Below, piece by piece: positions 1-11,843 of a DNA stretch of 64,000 bases. A program made the translations under genes and the position numbers. The notes below the pieces were generated by a model that did no database searches, had not been told where the DNA came from, and saw only the letters and a program-made list of their open reading frames with translations. Position 1 is the stretch's first letter; every line of letters begins with the position of its first letter. Source of the stretch: Macrostomum lignano (lineage: Eukaryota); assembly GCA_002269645.1 (NCBI GenBank), contig NIVC01000108.1, positions 310,001 to 374,000 on the forward strand. The letters run 5' to 3'.

Positions 1-1285
1 ATTTTACAGTAGGAATACTGCAATTAGCCACTTTCCGCCTGTCGAAGTACATATGTACCAAAGAGGGGGGGGGGTTTGCTGCGCCGGAACGGAACAACGC
101 AGGCACATGAAATTCAAGAGCACGAGCTGACTTTTTGTTGCGCACCTTCTCAAAAAAAGAATCAAGTCGCCAGCCCTCCGGACCGTCGAGATATTCGAGG
201 TCGGATTTTTCCCATAAGCGCCAGTGTATTCAGTACACCCTTGTGCGCCAATCAGCACTGACCTCAACTGCTGGACATTCTCAGCCAGTCTCTCAAGCAT
301 TCAGTCATCACCCCGACGCCGTGGGCACCCTCAGCAGATGGCACCAGGTGACTAGGACGTCCTGTTGCAACTATTCAAATATATATGTCAAATTTTTCTT
401 TTCAAGCTTCAATAATAAGCAAACCTCAACTGCTGGGTATTTTCAACTAGTTTCTCAAGCATTCGGTCGTCATTCAGCCTTCGTCGCGGCATCTTCAATG
501 AGACGAAACCATGACTATGAACACACAAAAGAGATTTAAAAAAATTCATTTTTAGCAGTTTTAGTACCTCTTACCTGATCTTCGATCAGCCCACACAGAA
601 AATTCGAAAATTTATTTTTTCTGAAAAGCACAAAACAACAACAGAAAATGAAATTTAAATTTTGATCAATTGATTTCTTGGTTGTTATCCAGCACGTTAC
701 TCTGAGTGCTGCACAGACATGAAGATGTTGTCACCGTTGCAGAGCCGCAGGCCAGCCGGTGTAGCTCCCGGTGTTAACAGCATCTTAGGCGCGACGTCCT
801 CGCCAAAGATGTTGCCAAATTCGGCAGCGCCGTGATAGAATCCGTCCAAGCAGAAAGCCACCGGCCCGTTGCTGACCAGCCGCAGTCTCTGAGAAATCGT
901 TCGCATCGCCGCGCCGAGTGGTTCAGTGTAGCGGACTTTGGTTGCTATGCTGAGCGTCCAGCGATTCAGGTTACGCGGACTGTAGCATTCGTTGCGGGCC
1001 AACGCGCCTGGTCGGGAGCTGGGTGTTGATGTTGAATGCTTGCCTTGTAACTTTGGCGAGCTCTTCACTAGTTAACTCTACTTGTGGAAATTTTCTGCAT
1101 GTCACTCCATTTTAACCCCCCCCCCCCCCCGGTGGACTGCTGCCTACTGCACCTACTGAATTAAAACTAAGTGAAAGAGGCGACCAAGCTAAACGAATGA
1201 CAGGAGCTCAACTTCTGCAACCTCTTAGACATGGCAATGCAGGGCATCCACCTGGCCCAGGAGATCATAGGGGAGATAAGAGTAG

Positions 1286-1810
1286 GGTCGCCCAGCAAGA
1301 GACAGGGGCTGCCCAGCAAGAGACAGGGGCTGCCCAGCAAAGACAGGTGCTGCCCAGCAAGAGACAGGGGTGCCCAGCAAGAGACAGGGCTTTCCAGCAA
1401 GAGACAGGGGCTGCGCAGCAAGAGACAGCTAGGGGCTGTCCAGCAAGAGACAGGGGTTGCCCAGCAAGAGACAGGGGCTGCCCAGCAAGAGACAGGGGCT
1501 GTCCAGCAAGAGACAGAGGCTGTCCAGCAAGAGACAGGGGCTGCCCAGCAAGAGACAGGGGCTGCCCAGCAAGAGACAGGCTAGGGGCTGTCCAGCAAGA
1601 GACAGGGACGACAAGCAAGAGACAGGGGCTGCCCAGCAAGAGACAGGGGCTGCCCAGCAAGAGACAGGGGCTGCCCAGCAAGAGACAGGGGCTGCCCAGC
1701 AAGAGACAGGGGCTGCCCAGCAAGAGACAGGGGCTGTCCAGCAAGAGACAGGGGCTGTCCAGCAAGAGACAGGGACGACAAGCAAGAGACAGGGGCTGCC
1801 CAGCAAGAGA
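1286..1810. repeat. ~21-bp minisatellite (GGGGCTGCCCAGCAAGAGACA)
   Basis: Direct reading; about 25 imperfect copies; explains the LPSKRQG/AQQETG pseudo-ORFs. Confidence 0.95.
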
Positions 1811-2073
1811 TAGAGTAGATTTGGAAATAATTTTAATTCAATGAATAGTTTTATTACTCGTAATACTATTTTATTTATTACACTATATTATTCGCTTATG
1901 TTTCCGAACAGGTATTCATGTAGTTTCAAAAAAGCTATAGGAGGAGGAATGTTGAAGTTAATCAACAGTTAAGCAGAAAAGTCTGAACTTATTTTCTGAA
2001 CGTCAGAAAATCCGGATTTTTGATTCGCTGGATCCCGCGCGATTACGAAAGCCCGGAAATTTGCAAGTCTTCA

Positions 2074-2319
2074 CTACAGATCCGTCTCGATCGGTATCTC
2101 CTCCGCGTCCGTCTCCTGCCGCTGCCCTGCTCTCTTCCGGCGCTCCAGCCAGCACCAGCGTCCTCGGCCACGCCCGTAGCAGTGACGCAGCACCAACACC
2201 GCCAGCAGCAGTAGTAGCATCAGGAGCGTGCAGACTGACATCCAGAATGCCGCTCTCGCCTGCAGCGCCACGTCGTCCAACTCCTTGAGCTGCTCTGAGT
2301 CCATGTCAGCCTGGTGCAT
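2074..2319 (-). CDS. Possible small single-pass membrane protein or exon
   Basis: ATG-initiated 81-aa ORF with GC-rich codons and one hydrophobic segment (AFWMSVCTLLMLLLLLAVLVL) followed by basic residues; no recognisable family. Confidence 0.3.
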   Translation of the reverse strand: MHQADMDSEQLKELDDVALQARAAFWMSVCTLLMLLLLLAVLVLRHCYGRGRGRWCWLERRKRAGQRQETDAEEIPIETDL

Positions 2320-2714
2320 TCTTATAATTAACTATTGGCTATAATGCCTATGAGCTCAACAAAACAGGCAAGACTGAAGCCACACGAGCTTAAATCAAGA
2401 GTCGCACCCTTCCCTCCCTCTCTCTCCGGGGCCCCTTCCCTGAATTTCGTATTTTTCAATCATTTTCCGCAGCCTAATTGTCAAACACAGTACCGTACTA
2501 CAGCGTAACAGCTCCAACGACCTTTCACTTTTCACCCACCAAGTTAAAACGCCATTCTCGCTTCTACGCACACAAAACCCGGCCTCTGCAATTTTGAGTC
2601 CGATATTGCATAAAGCAATGTGCTAATATGAATGGTAAGCAAATGTTAACCAAAATAAAGTGGTTTTCAACCCTGTGATGCATTTGTACATGCATATACC
2701 ATCTGGCAACCACT

Positions 2715-3450
2715 CCCCAACCCCTCCGTGGACAGGCACTCACACCTCAACCCCTCCGAGGACAGGCACTCACACCTCAACCCCTCCGTGGACAGGCACT
2801 CACACCTCAACCCCTCCGTGGACAGGCACTCACACCTCAACCCCTCCGTGGACAGGCACTCACACCCCAACCCCTCCGTGGACTGGCCCTCACACCCCAA
2901 CCCCTCCGTGGACTGCTGGCACTCACACCCCAACCTCTCCGTAGACTGCTGGCACTCACACCCAACCCCTCCATGGACTGCTGGCACTCACACCCCAACC
3001 CCTCCGTAGACTGCTGGCACTCACACCCAACCCCTCCGTAGACTGCTGGCACTCACACCCAACCCCTCCATGGACTGCTGGCACTCACACCCCAACCCCT
3101 CCGTAGACTGCTGGCACTCACACCCAACCCCTCCGTAGACTGCTGGCACTCACACCCCACCCCTCCGTGGACTGGCACTCACACCCCAACCCCTCCGTAG
3201 ACTGCTGGCCCTCACACCCCAACCCCTCCGTAGACTGCTGGCACTCACACCTCAACCCCTCCGTGGACAGGCACTCACACCTCAACCCCTCCGTGGACTG
3301 GCACTCACATCCCAACCCCTCCGTGGACAGGCACTCACACCTCAACCCCTCCGTGGACAGGCACTCACACCTCAACCCCTCCGTGGACAGGCACTCACAC
3401 CTCAACCCCTCCGTGGACAGGCACTCACACCTCAACCCCTCCGTGGACTG
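2715..3450. repeat. 30-33-bp minisatellite (CCAACCCCTCCGTGGACAGGCACTCACACC variants)
   Basis: Direct reading of tandem units. Confidence 0.95.
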
Positions 3451-4044
3451 GCAGATAAAGCACTTTCCTCAGCTGCCCTTACAAACATAATGTCACGAGA
3501 TGCTAGCGTTGGACTCGCAGAACATGCAGCCCCCGTCGGCCTCCCGAAGTCTTCAATTCAGCTGCACTGAAGCCCCTACCTTCTCCAATGAGCTGCCACA
3601 GCAACTGTCTGAAGTGTTTCCTGGGCGCCCGGAACACGATTAGCACCAGAGCTGCCGGCTCCACAACCGGCATCAGCATCGGTGGTGGCGGTGGCGACGG
3701 TGGTGGCGGTGGCTGCGGCTTTGCTGAGTTGCCGGCTTCCTTGGAGTTGCCACCCGAGGCCCTGCGGCCTCCGCTACCTCTCCGGCCCGGCCTCGGAGCC
3801 GGCATAGTCCGCGCGCTCTGTCGGGAGTCAGGCAAGAGGCAACGGCTTCTCGGCTCCTTCCAGTCAGTCCGGCAGCCATCAGCTGAATTGCCGACGCACC
3901 GAGCTTATGCGGAAGTTGCGCGTGATTGTTGCCATGCCTTTGTATCCCCGCGCTGATTGCCACAGACAGAATTCTTTCTTTCAGTTTCTAAAAGCGATGT
4001 TGGCTGAGGTTTGCTCAAGGTCACACCATTGATGTCTGTATTAG

Positions 4045-4502
<458 letters not shown>

Positions 4503-5019
4503 AGGCAGTGATGAAGGCAGGATTCTGAAGGTCATTCTGTACTGTGCCATCCGAGCCAGGAAAATTCGCAGAAAATTCCACTTGCCAAAGACCGAAAGCT
4601 CCGTGCAAACGGTTTTGTTTAGAAAACGACCTAAAAAGAAGAATAAAGTGCGAAATCTTTTCACAATGAATTCGGCCGCTCCTGATGCCGCAGCCGAGTC
4701 TCAGTTATGGAATTTCCATGTAATTCGGCCTCGATTCTGAAGTGGAAATTCTGCACTGCCTCGGACTTTGCCGGTCTGCCCCCCCCCCGCCCGCCACCGA
4801 CCCCACCGGGTTTTCCGGCCTTTCCCGCCCGCCGGCTGGGGTGGCTGTCTGGTCACGTGATATGCCCCCGGCTCAAACAGGCGAACGCCAGCTGGCTGTG
4901 CGTACAGAGCAGTCCCAGTCACTCGAGTCAGGCAGGCCCAGCGAACAAAGCAGTTAGGCTGCAGAGCTTTGCGCAGTCTTGTGAAAATTTGTTGGAGAAA
5001 GCAGAAGCTAAAAATGAGA

Positions 5020-6472
5020 AATGTCAGATTCCATAGGCCCTGTGTCAGATTCCCTAGACCCTGTGTTAGATTCCCTAGTCTCTGTGTCAGATTCTCTAGG
5101 CCCTGTGTCAGATTCCCTAGGCTGTGTCAGATTCCCTAGACCCTGTGTCAGATCCCCTATGCCCTGTGTCAGATTTCCTAGACCCTGTGTCAGATTTCCT
5201 AGACTTTGTTTCAGATTCCCTAGACCCTGTGTCAGATTCCTCAGACCCTGTGTCAAATTCCCTCGGCCCTGTGTCAGATTCCCTCTGCCCTGTGTCAGAT
5301 TCCCTAGACCCTGTGTCAGATTCCCTAGACTTTGTTTCAGATTCCCTAGACCCTGTGTCAGATTCCTCAGACCCTGTGTCAAATTCCCTCGGCCCTGTGT
5401 CAGATTCCCTCTGCCCTGTGTCAGAATCCCTAGACCCTGTGTCAGATTCTCTACGCTCTGTGTCAGATTCCATAAAAACTTTGTGTCAGATTCTCTAGGC
5501 TGTGTCAGATTCCCTAGACCCTGTGTCAGATTCCCTAGACCCTGTGTCAGATTCCCTAGTCTCTGTGTCAGATTCCCTAGACCCTGTGTCAGATTCCCTA
5601 TGCCCTGTGTCAGATTCCCTCTGCCCTGTGTCAGAATCCCTAGACCCTGTGTCAGATTCTCTACGCTCTGTGTCAGATTCCATAAAAACTTTGTGTCAGA
5701 TTCCCTAGACTTTGTGTCAGATTCCCTAGACCCTGTGTCAGATTCCCTAGACCCTTTGTCAGATTCCCTATGCCCTGTGTCAGATTTCCTAGACCCTGTG
5801 TCAGATTTCCTAGACTTGGTTTCAGATTCCCTCGGCCCTGTGTCAGATTCCCTCTGCCCTGTGTCAGAATCCATAGACCCTGTGTCAGATTCTCTACGCT
5901 CTGTGTCAGATTCCATAAACTTTGTGTCAGATTCTCTAGGCTGTGTCAGATTCCCCAGACCCTGTGTCAGATTCCCTAGACTTTGTGTCAGATTCCCTAG
6001 ACCCTGTGTCAGATTCCCTAGACCCTGTGTCAGATTCCCTAGGCTCTGTGTCAGATTCCATAAACTTTGTGTCAGATTCTCTAGGCTGTGTCAGATTCCC
6101 CATTCCCTGTGTCAGATTCCCTAGGCTCTGTGTCAGATTCCATAGACTTTGTGTCAGATTCCCTAGGCCTTGTGTCAGATTCCCTATGCCTTGTGTCAGA
6201 TTCCCTATGCCCTGTGTCAGATTCCCTAGACTTTTTGTCAGATTCCCTAGACCCTGTGTCAGATTCCCTAGACCCTGTGTCAGATTCCCTAGACCCTGTG
6301 TCAGATTCCCTAGGCCTTGTGTCAGATTCCCTAGACCCTGTATCAGATTCCCTAGACCCTGTGTCAGATTCCCTAGGCCTTGTGTCAGATTCCCTAGACC
6401 CTGTATCAGATTCCCTAGACCCTGTGTCAGATTCCCTATGCCCTGTGTCAGATTCCCTAGGCCCTGTGTCAG
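5020..6472. repeat. 21-bp minisatellite (CAGATTCCCTAGACCCTGTGT) with higher-order blocks
   Basis: About 69 units; some multi-unit blocks recur (e.g. ...CTCTACGCTCTGTGTCAGATTCCATAAA...). Confidence 0.97.
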
Positions 6473-7009
6473 ATTATCATTCGGACACTCGCACACCCCT
6501 GTGTCAAACGCTCTGCTTTGTGTCAGATGCTTCAATTGGAGATGTGCCAAAGCAAATACGCAAAAATTGCCAGAGACGGTCACAGGATCTCAGGATAGCA
6601 CGGTCTCAGGATAGGAAAGTTCAGATTCCAAACTATGGGCTCATTACTCGTACTTGGCCGCACTCGGCACACCGGCCGTGAGAAAAATCCGGTTCCAATT
6701 GTAGCAGAATCCTCCGCTAGGCAGCCCCCCAGGCCAGAACCCCCCCCCCCACATGACAGCAGCACGGCAAGTACGCTCAACCCCCCACCCCTCTGGCATG
6801 ATCATTTAAATAAAAATACATGAATCGCAAAACTTGCTAATTTTTCAGCTGCGTATTGGCTGTGCGGCCACGCGCGCGGTGCGTGACAGGGGGGTTTCTC
6901 CGCCTGCTCTGCCCGACACCCCCCGCAACCCCAAGCCCAAAAAAGTGGAGCTGCGGGCTGCCGTGTACGGAGGGCCAGCAAAGCGCGGAGGGGCGGCCGC
7001 TCTGAGCCG

Positions 7010-7018
7010 CATAAATAG
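7010..7018 (+). promoter_or_regulatory. TATA-like box upstream of PHGDH
   Basis: CATAAATAG about 95 nt upstream of the ATG at 7111 in a GC-rich context. Confidence 0.3.
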
Positions 7019-7110
7019 AACCCCGCTGAGGTGCGCCCTCTCTTGTCTCTCTCTCTCCATTCTCTAGTGAGTTCTTTCTAAGCCAGAAAAGTGCTCGGCA
7101 CCCTCGCACA

Positions 7111-8673
7111 ATGTCGGAATCCGCCGTCCAGTTCCCGCTCCGCCGCGTCTTGCTGAGTGACGACGTCGACCCCCGCTGCGTGGCCATCCTGGCCGACGCC
7201 GGCATCGACGCCCAGCTCAAGGTCGGCCTGGCACCCGACGCCCTGATCGCCGAGCTGACCTCCGGTGGCTACGAAGGCCTGGTGGTCCGGTCGGCAACCA
7301 AAGTCAACCGCCAGGTGCTCGAGGCCGCCACGGCTCTGCGCGTCGTCGGCCGCGCCGGCACTGGCGTCGACAACATCGACTTAAACGCGGCCAGCGAGCG
7401 CGGCGTCCTCGTGCTAAACGCGCCGGGAGGCAACACGGTCTCGGCCGCTGAGCACGCCTGCACCCTGCTGCTCGGCCTCACGCGCCGCGTCCACCTCGCC
7501 GACGCCTCGATGCGCGCCGGCCGCTGGGACCGGAAGAAATTCCTCGGCACGGAGCTGCACGGCAAGACGCTGGCGGTGGTCGGACTTGGTCGCATCGGCC
7601 GCGAGGTCGCCAACCGGATGCGCGCCTTCGGCATGCGAACCATCGGCTACGACCCCATGGTGACGCCCGAGCAGGCCAAGGAGTTCGGCGTCGAGTGGAT
7701 GGAGCTCGACAAGCTGTGGCCGGAGGCGGACGCCGTCACGCTGCATGTCCCGCTGCTGCCGCACACGGAGAATCTCGTCAACGCCCGCGTGTTGGCCAGC
7801 TGCCGACGCGGCGTCTTCATCATCAACGCTGCCCGCGGCGGCCTGGTGCAGGAGGCCGACCTGCTGGCCGCTCTCGAGTCCGGCCAGTGCGGCGGCGCCG
7901 GTCTCGACGTGTTCGCCGTGGAGCCGCCGCAGGACGCCCGGCTGCTGCAGCACGAGCGCGTGCTGACCACCCCGCACCTGGGCGCCTCCACCATCGAGGC
8001 GCAGAGTCGCGTCGCCGTGGAGATCGCCGAGCAGTTCGTCCGCCTGGCCCGCGGCGAGGGCGTCCACGGCGCCGTCAACGGCGAGGGCCTCGCCGCCAAT
8101 CCGGAGACCGCGGCCTGGCAACTGCTGGCGCGTCGACTGGCGCAGCTGGCAGCAGCCGGAGTCGCCGCTGGCCTCGCAGGACCGAACGGCGACCGCCTGC
8201 GCCTGCGGCTCCGCGCTCCGGCCGCCCTGGCCCGCCTGGCCCGCCCGCTGCAAGCGGCGGCGGCGGCTGGGGCGCTGGCCACTCGCGGCGAATCGCGCGG
8301 CCTCGTCGGCGCCGTGGCGGCGGCCAACAAGCAGGGCATCGACGTCGACTTCGAGGTGGCCGAGGCCGAGGTCGTCAAGAAGGGGGCAGCCGCGCCGACG
8401 ACCCTGGAGATCGACTGCCCGGACAGGCGGCCCGGCTGGTCGGTGGGAGGCGTCGGCTCCGGGCCCGCGCTGACCCGCTGCTGCGGCCGTGAGCTGTCCC
8501 AGCCGCTGGTGCTGGACGGCACCGTGGCGCTGCTGCAGGCTGGTGCCGCGCAGCTGCCCCCCGTCCAGCGCCTGCTGGCCGCCGCGCGCTCAGCCGATGG
8601 CAGCTGCGTCGTCTGCCGCCTGGACGGACCGGCGGCTGTCGAGGGCAGCCAGCTGTGCGTGACCTTCAGCTGA
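7111..8673 (+). CDS. PHGDH: D-3-phosphoglycerate dehydrogenase (intronless, 520 aa)
   Basis: Motifs VVRSATKV, VGRAGTGVDNID, NAPGGNTVSAAEH, Rossmann GLGRIG, INAARGG, DVFAVEPP and catalytic TPHLGAST. Confidence 0.96.
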   Translation: MSESAVQFPLRRVLLSDDVDPRCVAILADAGIDAQLKVGLAPDALIAELTSGGYEGLVVRSATKVNRQVLEAATALRVVGRAGTGVDNIDLNAASERGVLVLNAPGGNTVSAAEHACTLLLGLTRRVHLADASMRAGRWDRKKFLGTELHGKTLAVVGLGRIGREVANRMRAFGMRTIGYDPMVTPEQAKEFGVEWMELDKLWPEADAVTLHVPLLPHTENLVNARVLASCRRGVFIINAARGGLVQEADLLAALESGQCGGAGLDVFAVEPPQDARLLQHERVLTTPHLGASTIEAQSRVAVEIAEQFVRLARGEGVHGAVNGEGLAANPETAAWQLLARRLAQLAAAGVAAGLAGPNGDRLRLRLRAPAALARLARPLQAAAAAGALATRGESRGLVGAVAAANKQGIDVDFEVAEAEVVKKGAAAPTTLEIDCPDRRPGWSVGGVGSGPALTRCCGRELSQPLVLDGTVALLQAGAAQLPPVQRLLAAARSADGSCVVCRLDGPAAVEGSQLCVTFS

Positions 8674-10737
8674 ACCCTGTGTCCGCGATCGCGACCGGAG
8701 TTTTGACAGATCAAATCTAAATTTTTCTCCCTGGTGTTTTCCTTCCCTGTCTCTATGGCAACGGATTTCTCATTTAACTTATAAATTTTTAACGCATCGC
8801 AGGATCTGCAGGTCAGCACTCGACCTCCCTGTCTGAAATGGCAAAATATGTGCGATTAGAAAAGCTTTCATGATAAACTGCATGCGAATGCAAATAGAAG
8901 CTTTGCTGCCACAGAGCGATTTAAACTAAAAGTGGCCGACATTTTTGGTCTTGTTTGAGTCAATCCAGTCTGCGTGAACCATGAGCTGTCCGGAAATTGC
9001 CTATTTTGTTTGAATTCTCCTGGTTTACAAAAAATATAGCGAGAAATTGTGACTCACTCTGGACTGAGAGCATCGCTTTGTAGGAAATTGTTGTTTTGTG
9101 TCACTGATGCAAACTGATTGGACTCGGGGTAGCGGCAGCAGTTTGTGCCAACCTTGACACAGACAGACAGAATTTGGCGCACACACAGTTAAAATTTGTG
9201 TGGACAGCCTTCATACTTAGCTTAAAATCCGATACTACGAGCTAAAGACGATTGTTTCTGTCCGGTGGCGCATCTCTACAAAAAAAGTACAGTAATTTTT
9301 TATTCGATTCATTCTTAATTTTGACGAATTTTTATAGACTTTTGGGCAATTAGGCAACGGATTGAGATAAAAGCAGTTTATTGCAAGCATATTATAATAC
9401 AGTAGTTGGAATCGGGAGTGTTTTAAATGTTACGATAATTTTCTGCAAAAAAAGCTTGTCATCTCGATTTTAGTTCATCTTTATTGCTACGATCGCGAAT
9501 TAACTGTTTAATAATTACGGTAACTCATACAAAGTTTTATGCGAGTTTTATAACTGCTTTAAATATATTATTGTGAAAAAGAATTATAACAAAGATATAT
9601 AGAAATTTCTAAAGTTAAGGGTTAAGAACTTACTAGCCATATGCTAAAGGTTTTTATTTCTTAAAGAGTTCGTATAATTAAAATTTTATTTTAAAGTTGG
9701 GACTAGATTTGCTTCTATATCATACGGCGCAATTCCATTTGCAATATTATTGCACAAGCAGTAGAAACAATTTTACAATATTAAAATGGCAGCTTTAACA
9801 ACTGTTTCAACAGCTTAGCAAAATGCATTTAATCCGTGCTGCATAAGACCGTGTTTAACTTCAAACAAGATTCATCCATCACCTTGAAGGGCGCAGGATC
9901 TAAGCAAATATTCAACTTGATTTTCTCCGAGAGAGCCGCCACAGCAGCACGATGGGCAACTGTCAAATAAATTCACAACTCCATTTGAATGGAGCTTTTT
10001 GTTTTTTAAATTTCTTTGTTTAATTGAATTGACCCAAGCTTCTGAAAAATTGGGTGCTTTACATTTATGTCTTCATAAATCATAAGTCTAGTATGATGTT
10101 AAAATGCTTTATTAATTCATAAAAGCATACTTTATTTTCTAAGTCTGTTGTTTGAAATTTAAAAAATGAAAGTTAACTATTATAAAACAATCTTTTCCAA
10201 AGATCCAAATAACCTTAAGATTGTAAAAATGTTAAAAATATACTTTAAAATGTCCAAGACAATGATAAAATTCATTTTATATTTTAACACCCTGCAGTGT
10301 ACATGTACTTTAATCCAATTTCAGTGTCGTCCGTGACCTCATACTGACACGTGATGAGGGCGCGTAGCTTCCCGTCTTCGTGTCTGAGATAATAAATATC
10401 AGAGGCAGCATTTGGCAAATGCCCCGCTCCAATCTGGAGCATTTTTTCTACAGTTTATAATTACCTTAAAAAATTGAGTTTTCTTGGCAATTATTATCGC
10501 GCGGTGAGACAACACCGTTAAAATCCGATCAGAGCATTTCGGGAAAACCTACCTCCCCCTCCTTGAGAAAAAGATTAGGTAATTTTTTTAGAGTAGTTAC
10601 GAAACAAGGAGTTGGGGTTGGGTAGCCGGCTCGCGGAACTTTGCGATTGCCTATTTTTTATTTAACTTGAATTACTGTATGGCATTGCGGCCGTGTACTC
10701 GTATGTATTTAATAATTGTATGTTAGTAAATCTAAAT

Positions 10738-10741
<4 letters not shown>

Positions 10742-10796
<55 letters not shown>

Positions 10797-10804
10797 GCTA
10801 CTAC

Positions 10805-10868
<64 letters not shown>

Positions 10869-10881
10869 GCTACTACTACTG

Positions 10882-10919
<38 letters not shown>

Positions 10920-10920
10920 G

Positions 10921-10975
<55 letters not shown>

Positions 10976-11024
10976 TACTACTACTACTACTACTACTAAC
11001 TGCTACTACACCGGTACTACTACT
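10742..11024. repeat. (ACT)n trinucleotide microsatellite
   Basis: Direct reading; gives the poly-L/poly-T pseudo-ORFs. Confidence 0.98.
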
Positions 11025-11843
11025 ACATTCTCAAATGTATATTAAAATATTTATTTTGATTATCGTTTACTAATTTGAATCTTTATGCTACGAAATATAT
11101 TTCAAATTATAATTTTGGAAGATTATATCTTTAACAAAAAGCTTGAAAGAAAACTTAGTAGTTCTGATTTGAAAACGAAAATATACACAACTGGAGAATT
11201 AAAAAAGTTGAAACTGTTCAAACTAGCTCTGTTGCGAAATTAATAAACTACTACAAAAACCTTATTTCGTTCACTCTCGTTTTATTTATTACTTGAAAAA
11301 GCTTCTCAAAAGTAAATTCATTAGACGCGATTAAAAATGCAGCCGCGATAAAGAGAAGTGCATGCGCTCAATACTACTAATAAGCATATTTATTTGCATG
11401 AATGCCAGCTGCTAGACAGGAGTTGGACTAACTGTAAAAGAGTTAAAATAAAGTTGAGAATTTGTGTCCTGCAGCAATGAGGTCACTAAATATTCCTACA
11501 TGAAGTTGATGCAGAGAGGGATACCCAACAGGTAGCTGTTGGTGGGTACCAACAGGTACCCAACTACATGCATGTTTACAACGAACTGTGCGGGATAATT
11601 TAGTCCTAGCAATTGCACCACTGAAAATGTACTTACAACTGCCGAAAGTTTTAGTTGTCATGGCAACTAGGACAAGATATCTAGAGAATACATGCACACC
11701 CTATAGGATGTAAATTATTAACTAGTTAGACAGTTGTCATGACAACCATAAAGACAGAGCTAAGCTAATTAGAAAGAGACTATAAATCAGAGATTTGCTA
11801 TGGCAACCACAGGGACTCAGTTGCTACCGTTAAGGACTAAAAA

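Noticed and set aside
252-500. Degenerate ~75-nt direct repeat (AACCTCAACTGCTGG... at ~261 and ~422)
   Set aside because: Only two diverged copies and no associated structure; uninformative.
697-1068. Minus-strand GC-rich ORF, possibly a terminal exon
   Set aside because: No recognisable motif and no confident splice model.
3503-3963. GC-rich overlapping ORFs on both strands
   Set aside because: No domain, no consistent frame and no clear splice sites; may be a UTR or an exon but cannot be supported.
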